Of a DNA stretch of 64,000 nt, positions 22,683 through 34,497 are shown in pieces. The stretch spans positions 5,346,171-5,410,170 of the forward strand of contig OZ316893.1 in the NCBI GenBank assembly GCA_973895155.1. The letters are read 5' to 3'. The first letter of the stretch is position 1, and every line of letters starts with the position of its first letter. The position numbers were made by a program, and so were the translations under genes. The stretch is from Marsupella aquatica. Taxonomy: Eukaryota; Plantae; Marchantiophyta. The notes below the pieces were generated by a model, which was given only the letters and a program-made list of their open reading frames with translations, made no database searches and was not told the DNA's origin.

Positions 22683-25600
22683 AGTTGATGAATCTGTGTA
22701 CTCTAAAATTCCAATCCGTTCAGCTCCACCTAAAGCGCTTCTCAAACAACTCACCTTCAATCCCAATATGGAACAAACAAAGAACTGCAGGTAATCTTCT
22801 ATGACCTTCTATGACCCAGCGCCAACGCAATACAATTGATATTTCTGGTAGTCCGTCGACGAGCGTTTCAGGATACTGAGGGGTTGTCCTTTCGAGGATT
22901 CACGAAGCAACTTATATGACTGGAGGGAGATTGCAGCCTTCTCTGCAGTTCACTGAGAGAGTGCAGCACGGCTTCCCAGAATGGAAGAGACTCATAGGCC
23001 GCAGCAATGCCAGAAGTTTGCCAGGGAGGGAAGGCAATGCAACCACGCGAGACTGGCTGGCTGAAATGCTGAATGGTCGGAAGGGTGGTACGTACAAAAC
23101 TACAAAAACATCACGCAGCTTAGCGTACGTGTTAAGCCTAGCTCTCAAGGGATGCAGGAAGGAATGATGAAGGTCGAGTGTGTGTGCACAGTATGTGCGA
23201 GACTGCGAGTGGTGGAGGAAGAAGCCGTAATGGACCGTAGCAGTGCTGCTGCAGCATTGAGTACCTGAGCTGGTGGTGGATGTGAGGAGTTTGCCCACCT
23301 GCTGCCTTGGTTGTGGAATGTGGTGGCTGGTGGCTGATGCTACCTTATGTTGGTGGGCTCATTGAAGCTTGTCATTGTCACCTGAATGAATTAACTCTTC
23401 CCTCCTACTAGGGCATCTCAAACCTCTCCCTTTAGCCTCCAATTGTGAATCAAGGTCGTTTAGCCTCCAATTGCGAATCAACGTCATTTTCCCAGAACTA
23501 AAGTAACGAACATGAAAAAGCTTGTCTGCACACTTCTGACCGGAAATGGAGACCAGTTACTTTTGGGCCAGGGTATTTTTTGCGGGCCCTTTTAATATTA
23601 GTCACACACTGATGCAAGTGACACATTTTTTTGGGCCGCTACTACTGTACGTTAGCCACACTAATGCAAATGAAGAATTTTGGGTGCTACTCACAAATTA
23701 GTGGTACTCCTAATGATTTAGTTCTAATACCGTGCCCCTGAATTTGTGTTTGTTTGGACTCAAGAATAAGAATATATGAAATACTAGTTTAAAATGTCAC
23801 CAAGAATTAGTGTTCTTTTGGCTCAAGATCACCCAGTTTTTACTAGCCCGGTAAACAATAGTGGAAATCAACTCTTTTGAATGTTGTTAAGAATTAGTGT
23901 TACTTTGGACTCAAGATCACATTCACCAAGTTAATGTTACTAACACTGATTTTGTAATATTGACACTAATTAAATATCTGCAGGGATAGAGTACCCTCCA
24001 GTGTTTTCATCTGCTGGGAAGTCTGGCACATTAGTATGAGATGAAGCTGCTTTGTAAATGATAGAAAAAGCTTTCAATAAAAGCATTAGTGACCCATTTG
24101 CCAAAATCAACAATCCAGATCTGACTACACATAGATAAGTAATCATAACATGACCCTCAAAGTCAAGTACAATTTGCTTGCTAAGCTGAGGCTTCTCAAT
24201 TTCCTGTAAGTGCCACCTGCCCCATATTACAAAAGGAAACACTGACAGGTACTCTTTGACTGGAATCAAAGACAGTGCACTAAACCCTAAACTCACGTGA
24301 GTGCTCTGCATGAGGAAGCCCATCCCCTGTATCCATGAATGGGCCTGCATGAATGCCAACTTACAGAATTCCTTTGAATATGTATGACCTTAGCAGAGAA
24401 GAAGCTTTTGCTCCAGTCCATATTGGTTATGGAATTTCATCATAGCATTCTGACAAACCTGGAAGCCCCTCCCAGCTTCAATTTCCAACAATGAGCAATT
24501 TCCAGCTAAAGACTTAATGGGCCCCTTGGGCAAGCAAGCGCTCCTTGGGCCCCTTGTCCTCACAGTCCTTTCAAGATGGCCCCCCTTTCGAGTCTCATCC
24601 ATACATGCACAGGCAAAGCATCAGACTCCATGGCGTGGGCCTGCCTTTGGAGAGATATACTTGATGGACTCCCAAACTGAAATGTGTTCCCTGATGGACC
24701 CCATGAGTGATGGAAACCTTTGATAGACTTTAGATAAACATACTAAAAAATTCATGGGGTATTAGCACATGGTCAGCTATTAGCAGATGCCTAACTGCAA
24801 ACAGCTGGCAGTTAGCTCATGAGCCTGTTTAATTGGAATATTACTTTAACTATAAGTTGCAGGTGGCTGTAGTCACTACAAAATGCAAAGCCCAGTGGAG
24901 GTGCTCTTTGTGGGAAAACACAGGTGGCAAGGTTGGACTATGCTAGGTGTACCCAGTTTCCTTGAACACAAACTCGACCCAAAGTGAGCTATAAACTCTA
25001 GGAGTAGTTTGGTCTCAGCCCTACAAAACTCAACTGACACCCCGGCATGGGAGGACTGAGTTGAGCAGAGTATAGGAGACTCATTATAAGCCATGATTAC
25101 AAGCCACAATCTTGGCTTTTTTTAGTCAATTACCAGTACTAGGCCACTCGGTCAGAAATTGGGTGGAGAATATCATGTTGGCAAACCATAAAAAAAAACC
25201 CACATGTACTCTTCTCTTTGTATTTGTACCATTTTTATTTTTTATTTTTTATTTTTATTTTTATTCACCATGAACCCCACTGATGGGGAAATTTGTACCA
25301 TTTCTTATACTCCGAGTACATATATCCTCTTGGTCTTTTTGCCATTTCCTATCCTCCAAGTGATAGAATAAGTCATTTTTGAGGGTACTCTTAGAGGTAT
25401 CCAGGAGTGAATGTGCATTATCTTTAAAATTAATGAAATGCAGGTCAACAGATCTTGGGGAAGTGAAAGCCTGATGAGATTTGGGAAGGACAAAGGCACA
25501 GCATTGACAAGAAGCGTTCAAATTCACGGGCACTAGTCTATAGCATTGCCCCTGGAGTACATATCGATCTGCTTGCAAGTGAACAAACATACTGGCTACT

Positions 25601-26110
25601 GCCGTCCCCATCTTACTAATAATTCGCGAACGAAAGCTACTGCAAAGGGCTACGGGGTCTAGAGTGAAGCCTCTAGACCGTGACTCTACTCTAACTCATA
25701 AAACAGAGTAAAAGATGATCCAAAACAATTAGGAATAGTTTTTTTGTGCAAGTCACCTTTTAGTCCTCATCTCTTTCCCTTCAAGGAAAGGGTACTCAAG
25801 GCTAGTCTCCATTAGTGTGGATGTAATCAATGTGATTTGCATCCCTGACATGACTATAATGTCTCGTGCAAAAATATTTCATAAGAATTGGGACGGCGTG
25901 TAGCAGTTTTTGAACATTCTGACTGAGTAGTGCAGTAGCAGATTTAATTGCAATAGCTACTGTGGTTTCACTCTCGTGAGACCTGGAATCATCCTGACTC
26001 TCCAACCTCAGTCTAGAGCCTTGTCACTCGTATAATTCTATTCCTACAGGCATTGAATAGACTAGAATGGAGACCACGAAGTGTATCGAACTCTACTCCG
26101 GCACAACTTT

Positions 26111-26450
26111 TTATGTTTCCTTGTCACGACGTCTTGGAATCCTTTTGCATCGTTCAATATAGCTCGAATGCCTTCTGCCGTTGCCCGATTTTCCGTATCC
26201 CCGATTTTGCTTTGTACTCCAACCGAACCCATTGACTTTGGAAATGTTGTCGAACTGTAGCCAGGCATCCTCTATGCTGTCACATTTGGTATACATGTCA
26301 ACCGGGCTGCTACCCACGATGACATTAGGATCATAATCACTTCGAAAGATCAATTTATAAAACACGTCGGGCTGCTACCCACAATGACATTAGAATCATA
26401 ATCACTTTGAATGATCAATCCATGAACACGCCTGCCATCCATCTTCAAGC
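26111..26450 (-). pseudogene. PLS-class pentatricopeptide-repeat (PPR) relic
   Basis: IFRSDYDPNVIVGSSPVDMYTKCDSIEDAWLQFDNI matches the PLS L/S motif (..V.VGS.LVDMYAKCG.IEDA...F). No long ORF; internal ~45-bp duplication. Confidence 0.75.
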
Positions 26451-26860
26451 GCTGCTTCTGGCCCAAGTATTAAGGATTGCTCACTGTGGTCCAGTTGCTC
26501 TGTTTTCATCCACGAAGGCTTGTCTGTGATCCGGAGTCTTAGCAGAGGAGATCGTCAAAAACTAAAGCCCTGCATAAACAGGGAAATTAGGACAAACAGC
26601 TTCCTCAACTATGAACTGATGAAATTGTAGTCCTTGATCAATCCGTGAGTAGAAATTGCCTGGAGAAAGGAGTGGAGACAGAGTAAGATGACAAGGTAAG
26701 TGGAAATGGTTTCTCCTTGATTTTAAGTTCCACTATTCCTCCGACTGAGTCACATTTTGCGGAAACAGACCCAGGAAATTGAAAACTTATCCTTCCCAGT
26801 GCACCAGATATTTGTCTCACCCAATTCACGCGGATGAGCAAGGGCAGTGACTCGTATAGC

Positions 26861-27094
26861 GAAGCCGGATGGGAGAGCTTACAATCACAATTTCAGCAAA
26901 AGGTTTCTAAGCACGTCGTTATCTTGTTTACAAGGAGAGTACAATAATGGTACGTACTAAAGGCAGGTCAGTGCCCTGAAGCCGGATGGGAGAGCTTACA
27001 ATCACAATTTCAGCAAAAGGTTTCTAAGCACGTCGTTATCTTGTTTACAAGGAGAGTACAATAATGGTACGTACTAAAGGCAGGTCAGTGCCCT
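26861..27094. repeat. Perfect 117-bp tandem duplication
   Basis: GAAGCCGGATGGGAGAGC...CAGGTCAGTGCCCT starts at 26861 and again at 26978, identical by eye. Confidence 0.95.
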
Positions 27095-27583
27095 GACTTA
27101 CGGTGGAAGGACCATTGCAGATTGTTTTGGAGCTTGGAGCTTGGAGCTCTCCAAATTATTGAAACGTTGTTCACGACATCCATAGCCCTGATGTGAAATC
27201 TGTGAGTTATTACCTTTCCAGACAGCCATGCAGCAGATACCGCTTGGTTGAACCAGCATTCCGAGTCGAAGTATTGGCTCGAAGGATGAACAAGCTGGAC
27301 ATTCGTCTCTTCCTCACAATATTTGGACTGAAATGCCGTCCTTCTGCAATGTAACTTAGCAATGTGGACATTCGTGCAATTTTCCAACGATTCACTTAGC
27401 AGACACCGTCACCGGAAGAGGGAGGGTGTATTCATAAACAGATCAATCACAGGGGTTGCGAATCAGAAAATGTCTTCATGTGAGACGGATAGCGTCCTTG
27501 TTGACATGTATGCCAAATGTCATAACATAGCTACCTCATCGGAGACCGTTCAACAAAGTCCACGAACACGCCAGTATCGGTGA
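26880..27583 (+). pseudogene. Second PLS-class PPR relic, opposite orientation
   Basis: TDSVLVDMYAKCHNIATS at ~27485-27540, with weaker PPR-like pieces (..YVLKAGQC) upstream. Multiple stops and frameshifts. Confidence 0.6.
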
Positions 27584-28199
27584 CCATTGAGAAAATCCAC
27601 GAACGCGCCATACCGGTGTCTTTGAGAATAGCAGCTAAAAACCTTTTCTCAAACTTATCACGCTAACGTTTGGTTGACGCGGCCTGTGTACACATACACT
27701 CCATGTACACCAGGCCATGTCTTCCGCCCTTCAATTTGCCATGGTCATCAAGATTTTGCCCCGTCTCTTAGACAAAACTCCGCAGAAGGTCCAGTGTGCC
27801 GTCATGTCCATGGGTGCAAAAAGAGGGCAGAAGGTCCACTCGTTCATGTGAGCTCAGCAAGCTCGAATCCAAAGCACACTCGTAAAATAGAAAATGTCTG
27901 AGATTCTTGCTGAGCTCTCATAGCCCCATAGGCGAGGCGGGCGCTTTGGGTGCGATCGCTGAGGGCAGACAACTCTTGGAGACCATAATATTGCTGTCTT
28001 GTACTCTTGGAGACCACAATATTGCAAGCAGGCTAATAATCAAGATGCAGATGAACAAGACAGGGCAACAGAGAAGAACACAGACCGACCTCAGGATCAA
28101 GAGGACACTTCCAAGAAATTGAAACCGACAGAGTTCCGGGATTCGAGGAGACGATTGCCGTTGGGTACAAGAAAGAATTGGACGCACTGTTGCACAATG

Positions 28200-28457
28200 C
28201 ATACATTCTTTACAATTTCCCGCGTGAGGTTGAGGGAAGATTTGAGCAAGAGTCTCATGCTGGTCTACTCTAACAGATCAGAAACATGGTTAAGGTGCCG
28301 CAATTACGAATATGCCCAATCAGACGCTAGCCATGCTCTTAAGTTGAACCCTAAACATCTCAAAAGCCTCGTACAAAATGGCAAAGCTTTGTTCGAGCTT
28401 CAACGTGTGAAGAATCTGCTGCTTGTACAGCTCAGCGATGGAAGAATCTCCTCATGA
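28200..28457 (+). pseudogene. Tetratricopeptide-repeat (TPR) fragment
   Basis: LVYSNRSETWLRCRNYEYAQSDASHALKLNPKHLKSLVQNGKALFELQR fits ~1.5 TPR motifs (YSNR...A..DA..AL.L.P...K.L...GKAL). No convincing start or full gene. Confidence 0.7.
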
Positions 28458-29454
28458 CCAACAAGCTCAAGTCGTGCAAGCGGTGCTAGCAATCAAGACT
28501 TTCCTCAAGCGTCGTCAAATCCGATTCCGTTCAAGTGTATCTGTGAACGCTGTGAATGGGAGAGCAGCATCCCGGAGTCTCACAAGGAGGTCAGGAGAAA
28601 AACTGTGCAGCTTATCCTCTCCATTTGTCCCAAATCTGGAGAAATGAGCCAGCTTATGAGTCAGTAGGATTGGAGGGAAAATTCCCATCTAGTTTTTCGT
28701 ATCATTGATGGATACCTACATAGCAAATATATATACGTTATTCTGGGATTCGTCTCCGGAAAAATCGATCCTGTCAAGACCCTATCAGGACAATTTTTAA
28801 GGTGTTGGTAGCAGTTGGCAGGGGGCTTTTCTTGAGGAATCAAATTGCTTCCCCGCTTTTGAGGGAGGTGGAGCGCAAGTACGACAAAGCCACTCCTGTG
28901 TTTTAGGGTCCAGCAAGTAGATAATTAATTGACATACACTTGTGTGCTGGGAAGCAAGCTTTAAGTGAAGTAGATTAATGGATCTTGATTCCCCCTTGCA
29001 GTTTTCCAACTGTTCAAATTGCCTTCACTAAGCGTCAAGGTCTTTGCTAACAATTAAAGAATTTCTTTCTTTGGGAAGTGGTGGAGCAAAACACGAACAT
29101 GCTCTACTCCTTTCTTGAGCAATCCTAGGTCTCATCTTAACTCATACTGTCAGACTCGGAATCTCCGGACAATCACTCAGCTTAAATGAAATGTTGCCTC
29201 ATCAGAATTGAGGTATGGGAGGACAATGAGCTGTACTTCAAGTGGCCTAAACTGTGTCACCAGTGACATCTATGGCCATTGGAATACACTTAAAGTAGAA
29301 TAAACGAAGTCTGCAGAATGAGCAAAATCTCCGTGAACGGCATAAATCGTTTGCAAAAGGTGAGGTGAGATACTTTATTTACAGATAGATACGTGGTGAG
29401 GCATTGACGATCGAAGCCCTATATATGAGATTGTCTGTGTCACCAGGATTTAAT

Positions 29455-31768
29455 CTATGCGGGTTTTTCAAAACCACCACTGAACATCATGGACAAGTAC
29501 TTTGAAAATTGCATTGACGGGTATAGAGACGGATGCTGTTCATCAACAAGCTGTGGTAGAGGACCAACTACAACTTCCGGGTTACCCGGGTTCAAAAATG
29601 CCGCAATTGAGATTCGTCGAGCAGTGCTGTTCGCAATTGCTCGATGCATTGAACTTTTGAGTCTTCCATTGGTCAATATCTGCATTTTCACAAACAAACA
29701 CGCGATTGAGATTATTGGAATAGACTCTCTCCTAAACATTTCGAGTACATTGATTTCAGAGTCCGCTTCCGACTATCACTACATTGAGAGATCCTCCATT
29801 CACTGGTCAGAGCTGAGTTGACATGTATATAATTTATATAATTTATGGTATTCTGAAAGTAAATCTCCTGCTGGAGAACCATCTCCTGCGTTAGATTGAA
29901 CCATTGAAATTATTTTCCCACGGTAGCCAACATACTGGAGCCATATTTCCACAAGCAAGCGATGGGCACTGCCTGCATATCTAACAGATCATCTCCACCC
30001 AAAGTCGCCCTAATTTCAGAACAGGCAGTGAGAATCGCTCGATAGAAATGCTCGACCACTTTAAAGCTTTCACTCATCTACAACACTTCCTGCCACATTT
30101 TTAGAAGGTTTGATGTACCTTAGTCATTGAACTATCGCCTGGTTCCAAGAGAAACGGTAACCAAGATTTCTGAGGAGGAACTGTTTTCTTTTCATTGGCC
30201 TCTCGGAATAGTATTTTTTGGTTAAACCTTCGCATAATCAGTCGTATAGCATCTCGCGAAATATCTTTTACTCTGTTTTGAGTGAATAGCGAATCTAATG
30301 TTTATATGCGTGCTGGAAAACTTCGATAATCTTGAAATAATCCACAGTTCACCTTTCGCCCCCATCGCGACCATAAACTAAAACCAATTGAAACCGAGCT
30401 CGAAACTAATTAGACTAGATGGACCTATCGACTCGTAGTCTCCAGACCCATCAGAAAGCAATGCACACACGTGACCGCCGGAGAGATGCACGTAAACTGA
30501 AACGAACTTCAATTTTTTTAGTAACACTGTCGAGTTGCCTATGCCTTCGTGCGACAACAAAACCATTAATGGTATATGTTGATATAATAATACACCTAGG
30601 GGAGGAATGGGCTCAATTACGTTTACCTTTAGCTGATCGGAAATATTAATTACAAGGGAATTCTTGATGGCCTTCACTGTCAACCACTTGCCGCCCTTTG
30701 AGCACCTGCAATCCTTCTACTTGATTTTGATGCAATACGGTCATAGCTCCAAAATCCGCATGGGGATAAATACCCAGCACACGGTCAGGCTGAGGACACT
30801 TCGGGTAGAAATTCAACGCAAAGGCCAATCCTGGAAACTCGTCAGAGCCGTCCCTTGTGAGACCCATCTGCAGTGCAGTGGATTCTAGTCCAAGGTACTC
30901 GGACAGAGCACTCGTTAATCTTCTGGCTAGTTTCGCAACTTCACCTGCGTATTCCCCCATCACTTCTCTGCAGAATGTTGACAACGGAAAGCTCAATTCG
31001 TAATGCGTGAGGGTCTGCTGCTTTCAGTGAACGCGCCAAAGCCAGCAATTCTCATCATCAATGCAGCAAGCAGCAGAGAATTCTAATCTGCTCAAATTAA
31101 TGAGCCTGAGCCACACTTTCTCATTGATTAAGGAGCAGCTCTTCCTTACTTGTAAACTGCTGGTGTTTTGGGTTGTGCGTCTTGGTCGGGAGCTGGTTGG
31201 GGACGCACAACGTGCCGGTAAGCATCACTCCACGACCGAACCCGTGGTCTCGTCAGTAAGCCATAGCCTTCATGCTTTCCCGGTTTTAGAGCGTACAACA
31301 TCTTCTCCTCTAGAGGCAAGTCGAAGAATCCTTCCACCACTTCCATTGCTTTCTCCAACAGGGGCTCGGGAATGCCATGATTAATCACCTGCAGTTGACA
31401 ACCCTGCCTATATAATCAATTCATCACAAAGAGCTTTAAAAAATGAAGTAGTGACGGTGACTGCCTATACTATTTTGATCAAGTGTTTAATTTCGTTGCG
31501 TAGCATGATAGCAAAGGCCGACCTGAAAAAATCCCCAATCCTCGCAAGCCCGACCAATCTCCCTCTTGACGCGTTCAGAATCCTCGGTAGTGTTGTCGAT
31601 TAATGGCCGCAAATCGATCACAGGAATCTGCAGACCATCTTCCTGCTCTTGATCTGCAGGTCTTTGAGCCAATGTCTTTTGTACCTCGTCGCTCACTAAG
31701 AACTCCGGCGGAACATCTTTCACAGCAAGTGCAATCTCCTGCACAGGAACGAAGTCGTCCGACCCCAT
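29455..31768 (-). pseudogene. 2-oxoglutarate/Fe(II) dioxygenase (DOXC type), 4 exons (31768-31523, 31388-31150, 30967-30627, 29679-29455), with a +1 frameshift in exon 3; pseudogene, null allele or sequencing error
   Basis: Motifs IPVIDL, ACEDWGFFQ|VINHG, NFYPKCPQP, HAD (HxD), GLQV, NGRLKSSMHRA and RISIA (RxS). Exon 3 is 341 nt where 340 is needed; the frame switches at CTCAAAGGGCGGCAAG (30694-30699). Confidence 0.85.
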
Positions 31769-32113
31769 CGCTTCAAAACTCGAGATCCTTCGATCACTCT
31801 TCTCCCCACACGAAGTCCGTCTAGAGAGTGTAGGAGAGAGCCTGAATTCGGATTGAAGTCTTCTGTCGACGATGCACGGGAGACCGATTTCATTCCTTCA
31901 AAACCTCTTTGCAGGGGTATTTTTGGAGATCGGTATTTCACATTTTCTTCTTTCCTTTCACATCCTTTTCTTCGTTTTTCTTTATTCTTTTTCGATCACG
32001 TGCAATGGCCATTGCCCGCTCACCTCCACTTTACTACGTGACGTTTCAGTTTCTTTTGTTGTTGTTGAGACTCATACAGATAGAAGCCTTCATAATTTAA
32101 GTATAAGCACAAT

Positions 32114-32160
32114 GTACAACGTAGTACAAGCATTGTAAAGGTACACTGTACAAAAAGTAC
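32114..32160. promoter_or_regulatory. Cluster of five GTAC cores (candidate SBP/SPL binding sites) upstream of the dioxygenase
   Basis: GTAC at 32114, 32124, 32141, 32148 and 32157. Confidence 0.35.
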
Positions 32161-32785
32161 AATGAAGTAAAAGCAAAAGAGTTACAAAGAGACAAATGAA
32201 GAAAAAGGGGAAAAGATCTACCACTTGATTAAGCTTCTCCAACAGGGGTTTCAGACTAGAACCCCAGTCCAACAATCTTTATCATAATTATGTAATACTG
32301 CTCTGGAAAAAGATTATCAGGTAGGACTTTTGGGGCACAGGGTTATGGAAATGGTAGCTAGCACCTAGTATAAAAGGTTACACAGGGGTAACCTTTCTTC
32401 CTGACAGGAATTACAAATCATCAGCATCCTTCAGAATTGTGAGTCTCCCAGAGAATCATCGGCAAATGCGTCAAAACCTTTCTATAAAATACCTGGCCCC
32501 TACTACCCAAAAAGGAACCAACACACATACACCCTTGACTAGAAAACTACACTATCAGCCTTAAACAATCTGGAGGTAGAGGTGGAGCACCTCCCACCTT
32601 AGCTTTAGTTGGCTAAGCTTCATTACTGAAAGTGACAACTGGACTTTCAGGCGCAAGGCGGAGGCACAAGCAGGTTTTGCATCACTCTTGGGAAAGCTGC
32701 ATTTTGTGAAGCACACTTTGGACAGTAATCTATCCCCAACATTTTTACAAGCGACCATGCCTGGCTTTTTCGTGAGACAAAGAGC

Positions 32786-34080
32786 ATGAGGAATGTCAGG
32801 CAGCAGTTGGAACTCAACATTGCACTCCAATCCTCTTCTAGTGAGTCAGATGATCAGGGTTCTCTAAACCTGGACATGGATGAATTCTCTAATTTTGATC
32901 TAGATGATGCTAATTTTAGTTTAGATGATAGGGATGGCTCATCAAATTTAACTCCTGACAAGTCTTACAACCTTGACAAAAAGCCATCACACTTACTAGA
33001 CTGGTACTTTATCATGTACAACTCTCATAAGTTTTTCCTCGGCACGTGAGCTCAAAATCCAAAGAATTTGCAAGGAAATTATTTCATTTCGTAGCTAGGA
33101 GACACCTGTTTGCACATCTCACATGGATGGACAGATCATCTTTTCACCACCTCTAAACTTGATCAAGCCTCTTCTTGTTTTGTAAAACAACTCAAATATT
33201 GATCAAGAACTTATTGAGGGTCGGCTACCAGTTTGTCTAGACAGACTTGGTCATGAGGGGAACAACTAGGGTATGTTTCAACCACCTCATTCCCACTTAG
33301 GGAGTGAGTGTTGGTTCATCTGTGAAGTTCTCTAAATGTTGTTTGTAGTACTTGAGACTGTTTTAGAACACTCTATCCAATGGCCGACCAAAAGGGAGCT
33401 GGTAGTGAATTCAGAGGCACTTGGAAGATTGGGGTTCCCAAATGTAATGGCCTCCAGACGGGACGCTGTGCCCACTTTTACAATGGCTTGCTAGCATGGA
33501 GAGTGTTACTCTGACAGGATCAGAAAAGCAAGTGCTCTATCAACCTCCAGGTTGTTTGTGACCATCAGAGGAAGATCATCGTAATTTATCTTATCTGGTA
33601 ATTTCAGTATGCATAGAGTCAAGGTCCATGCAAGAAGATAGGCACTTTTTCAAATGTGCTAAACTGTTCAGGATTTGCTCTTGATGGCTCTTTAACATTA
33701 TTTTGAGAATAGCAGGATTAGCAAACTCTTGCTCAGTTGGACATGTGTGACGAAGTCTCCATTGTTTGACTGTTGCACTCCGCCTGAGAAGCAACATCTT
33801 GTTTGAGGCAGGGCAATTATGTATTTTAAAGGGTTCTGGGTATCAGGCCTTACCCCATATAGTTTCAACTTTTAAGAGGATGGACATTGTAGTGAACAAA
33901 GAAGACTGTAACACATGCTTTGCCAATTGCAGGCTAACCAACAAACATTGTATTGGTGTTTTAAAGAGCAGATGACATTTGTTGCAGGAGGTCCGTATTG
34001 AACTCAATGTGAGGAAGTACAACCTTTGGACGGTAAGGTGGTCACACTTACTTCGTTGCACATTTTATGTTATACTAGCC
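32786..34080 (+). mobile_element. Decayed PIF/Harbinger (DDE_Tnp_4, HARBI1-like) transposase
   Basis: Fragments LGFPN, KSKCSINLQVVCDHQRKII and LFEAGQLCILKGSGYQALPHIVSTFK...NTCFANCRLTNKHCIGVLKSR*HLLQEVRI follow Harbinger DDE motif order. Many stops and frameshifts. Confidence 0.8.
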
Positions 34081-34087
34081 CGATTCC

Positions 34088-34497
34088 GAAAAGATGTTAA
34101 GGTGAGGAAAGGAAGTCGAGGTGACAAAAAATGTCGAGAAAAAGATGGCAAGGTGAAAAAAACATGTAAAGATGAAGAAAAAAGTCAATGAGAGAAAAAA
34201 TGTCAAGGGTGAGGGAAAGATTGTAAGGAGGAAAAAGATGGCATGATGAAAAAAAGAGAACTAAGATGTTGAGCCGAGAAAAGATGTGAGGTAAGGAAAT
34301 ATGTCAAGCCAAGTGAGAAAAGACCTCAAGGATAGCAAAAGCTTTTCGAGGAGATAAAATATGTCAAGGGAGGTCAAGGGTGAGAAAAACATGTTGTGAT
34401 GAGATAATTAATGTGAAAAAAGATGTCAAGGCAAGATAAAGATGTTGAGAAGCTAGAAATAAATATCTAAAGATTAGAAGAAGATGTCAAGGTGAGG
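34088..34497. repeat. Degenerate purine-rich ~18-bp tandem array (consensus AAAAGATGTCAAGGTGAG)
   Basis: Roughly 20 diverged copies visible over ~400 bp. Confidence 0.75.

Noticed and set aside
22780-24000. L1 box (TAAATGYA) expected upstream of a PDF1-like gene
   Set aside because: No exact match was seen on manual reading.
24874-24883. CACTACAAAA, resembling a CACTA terminal inverted repeat
   Set aside because: No matching inverted partner with a 3-bp TSD was found by eye.
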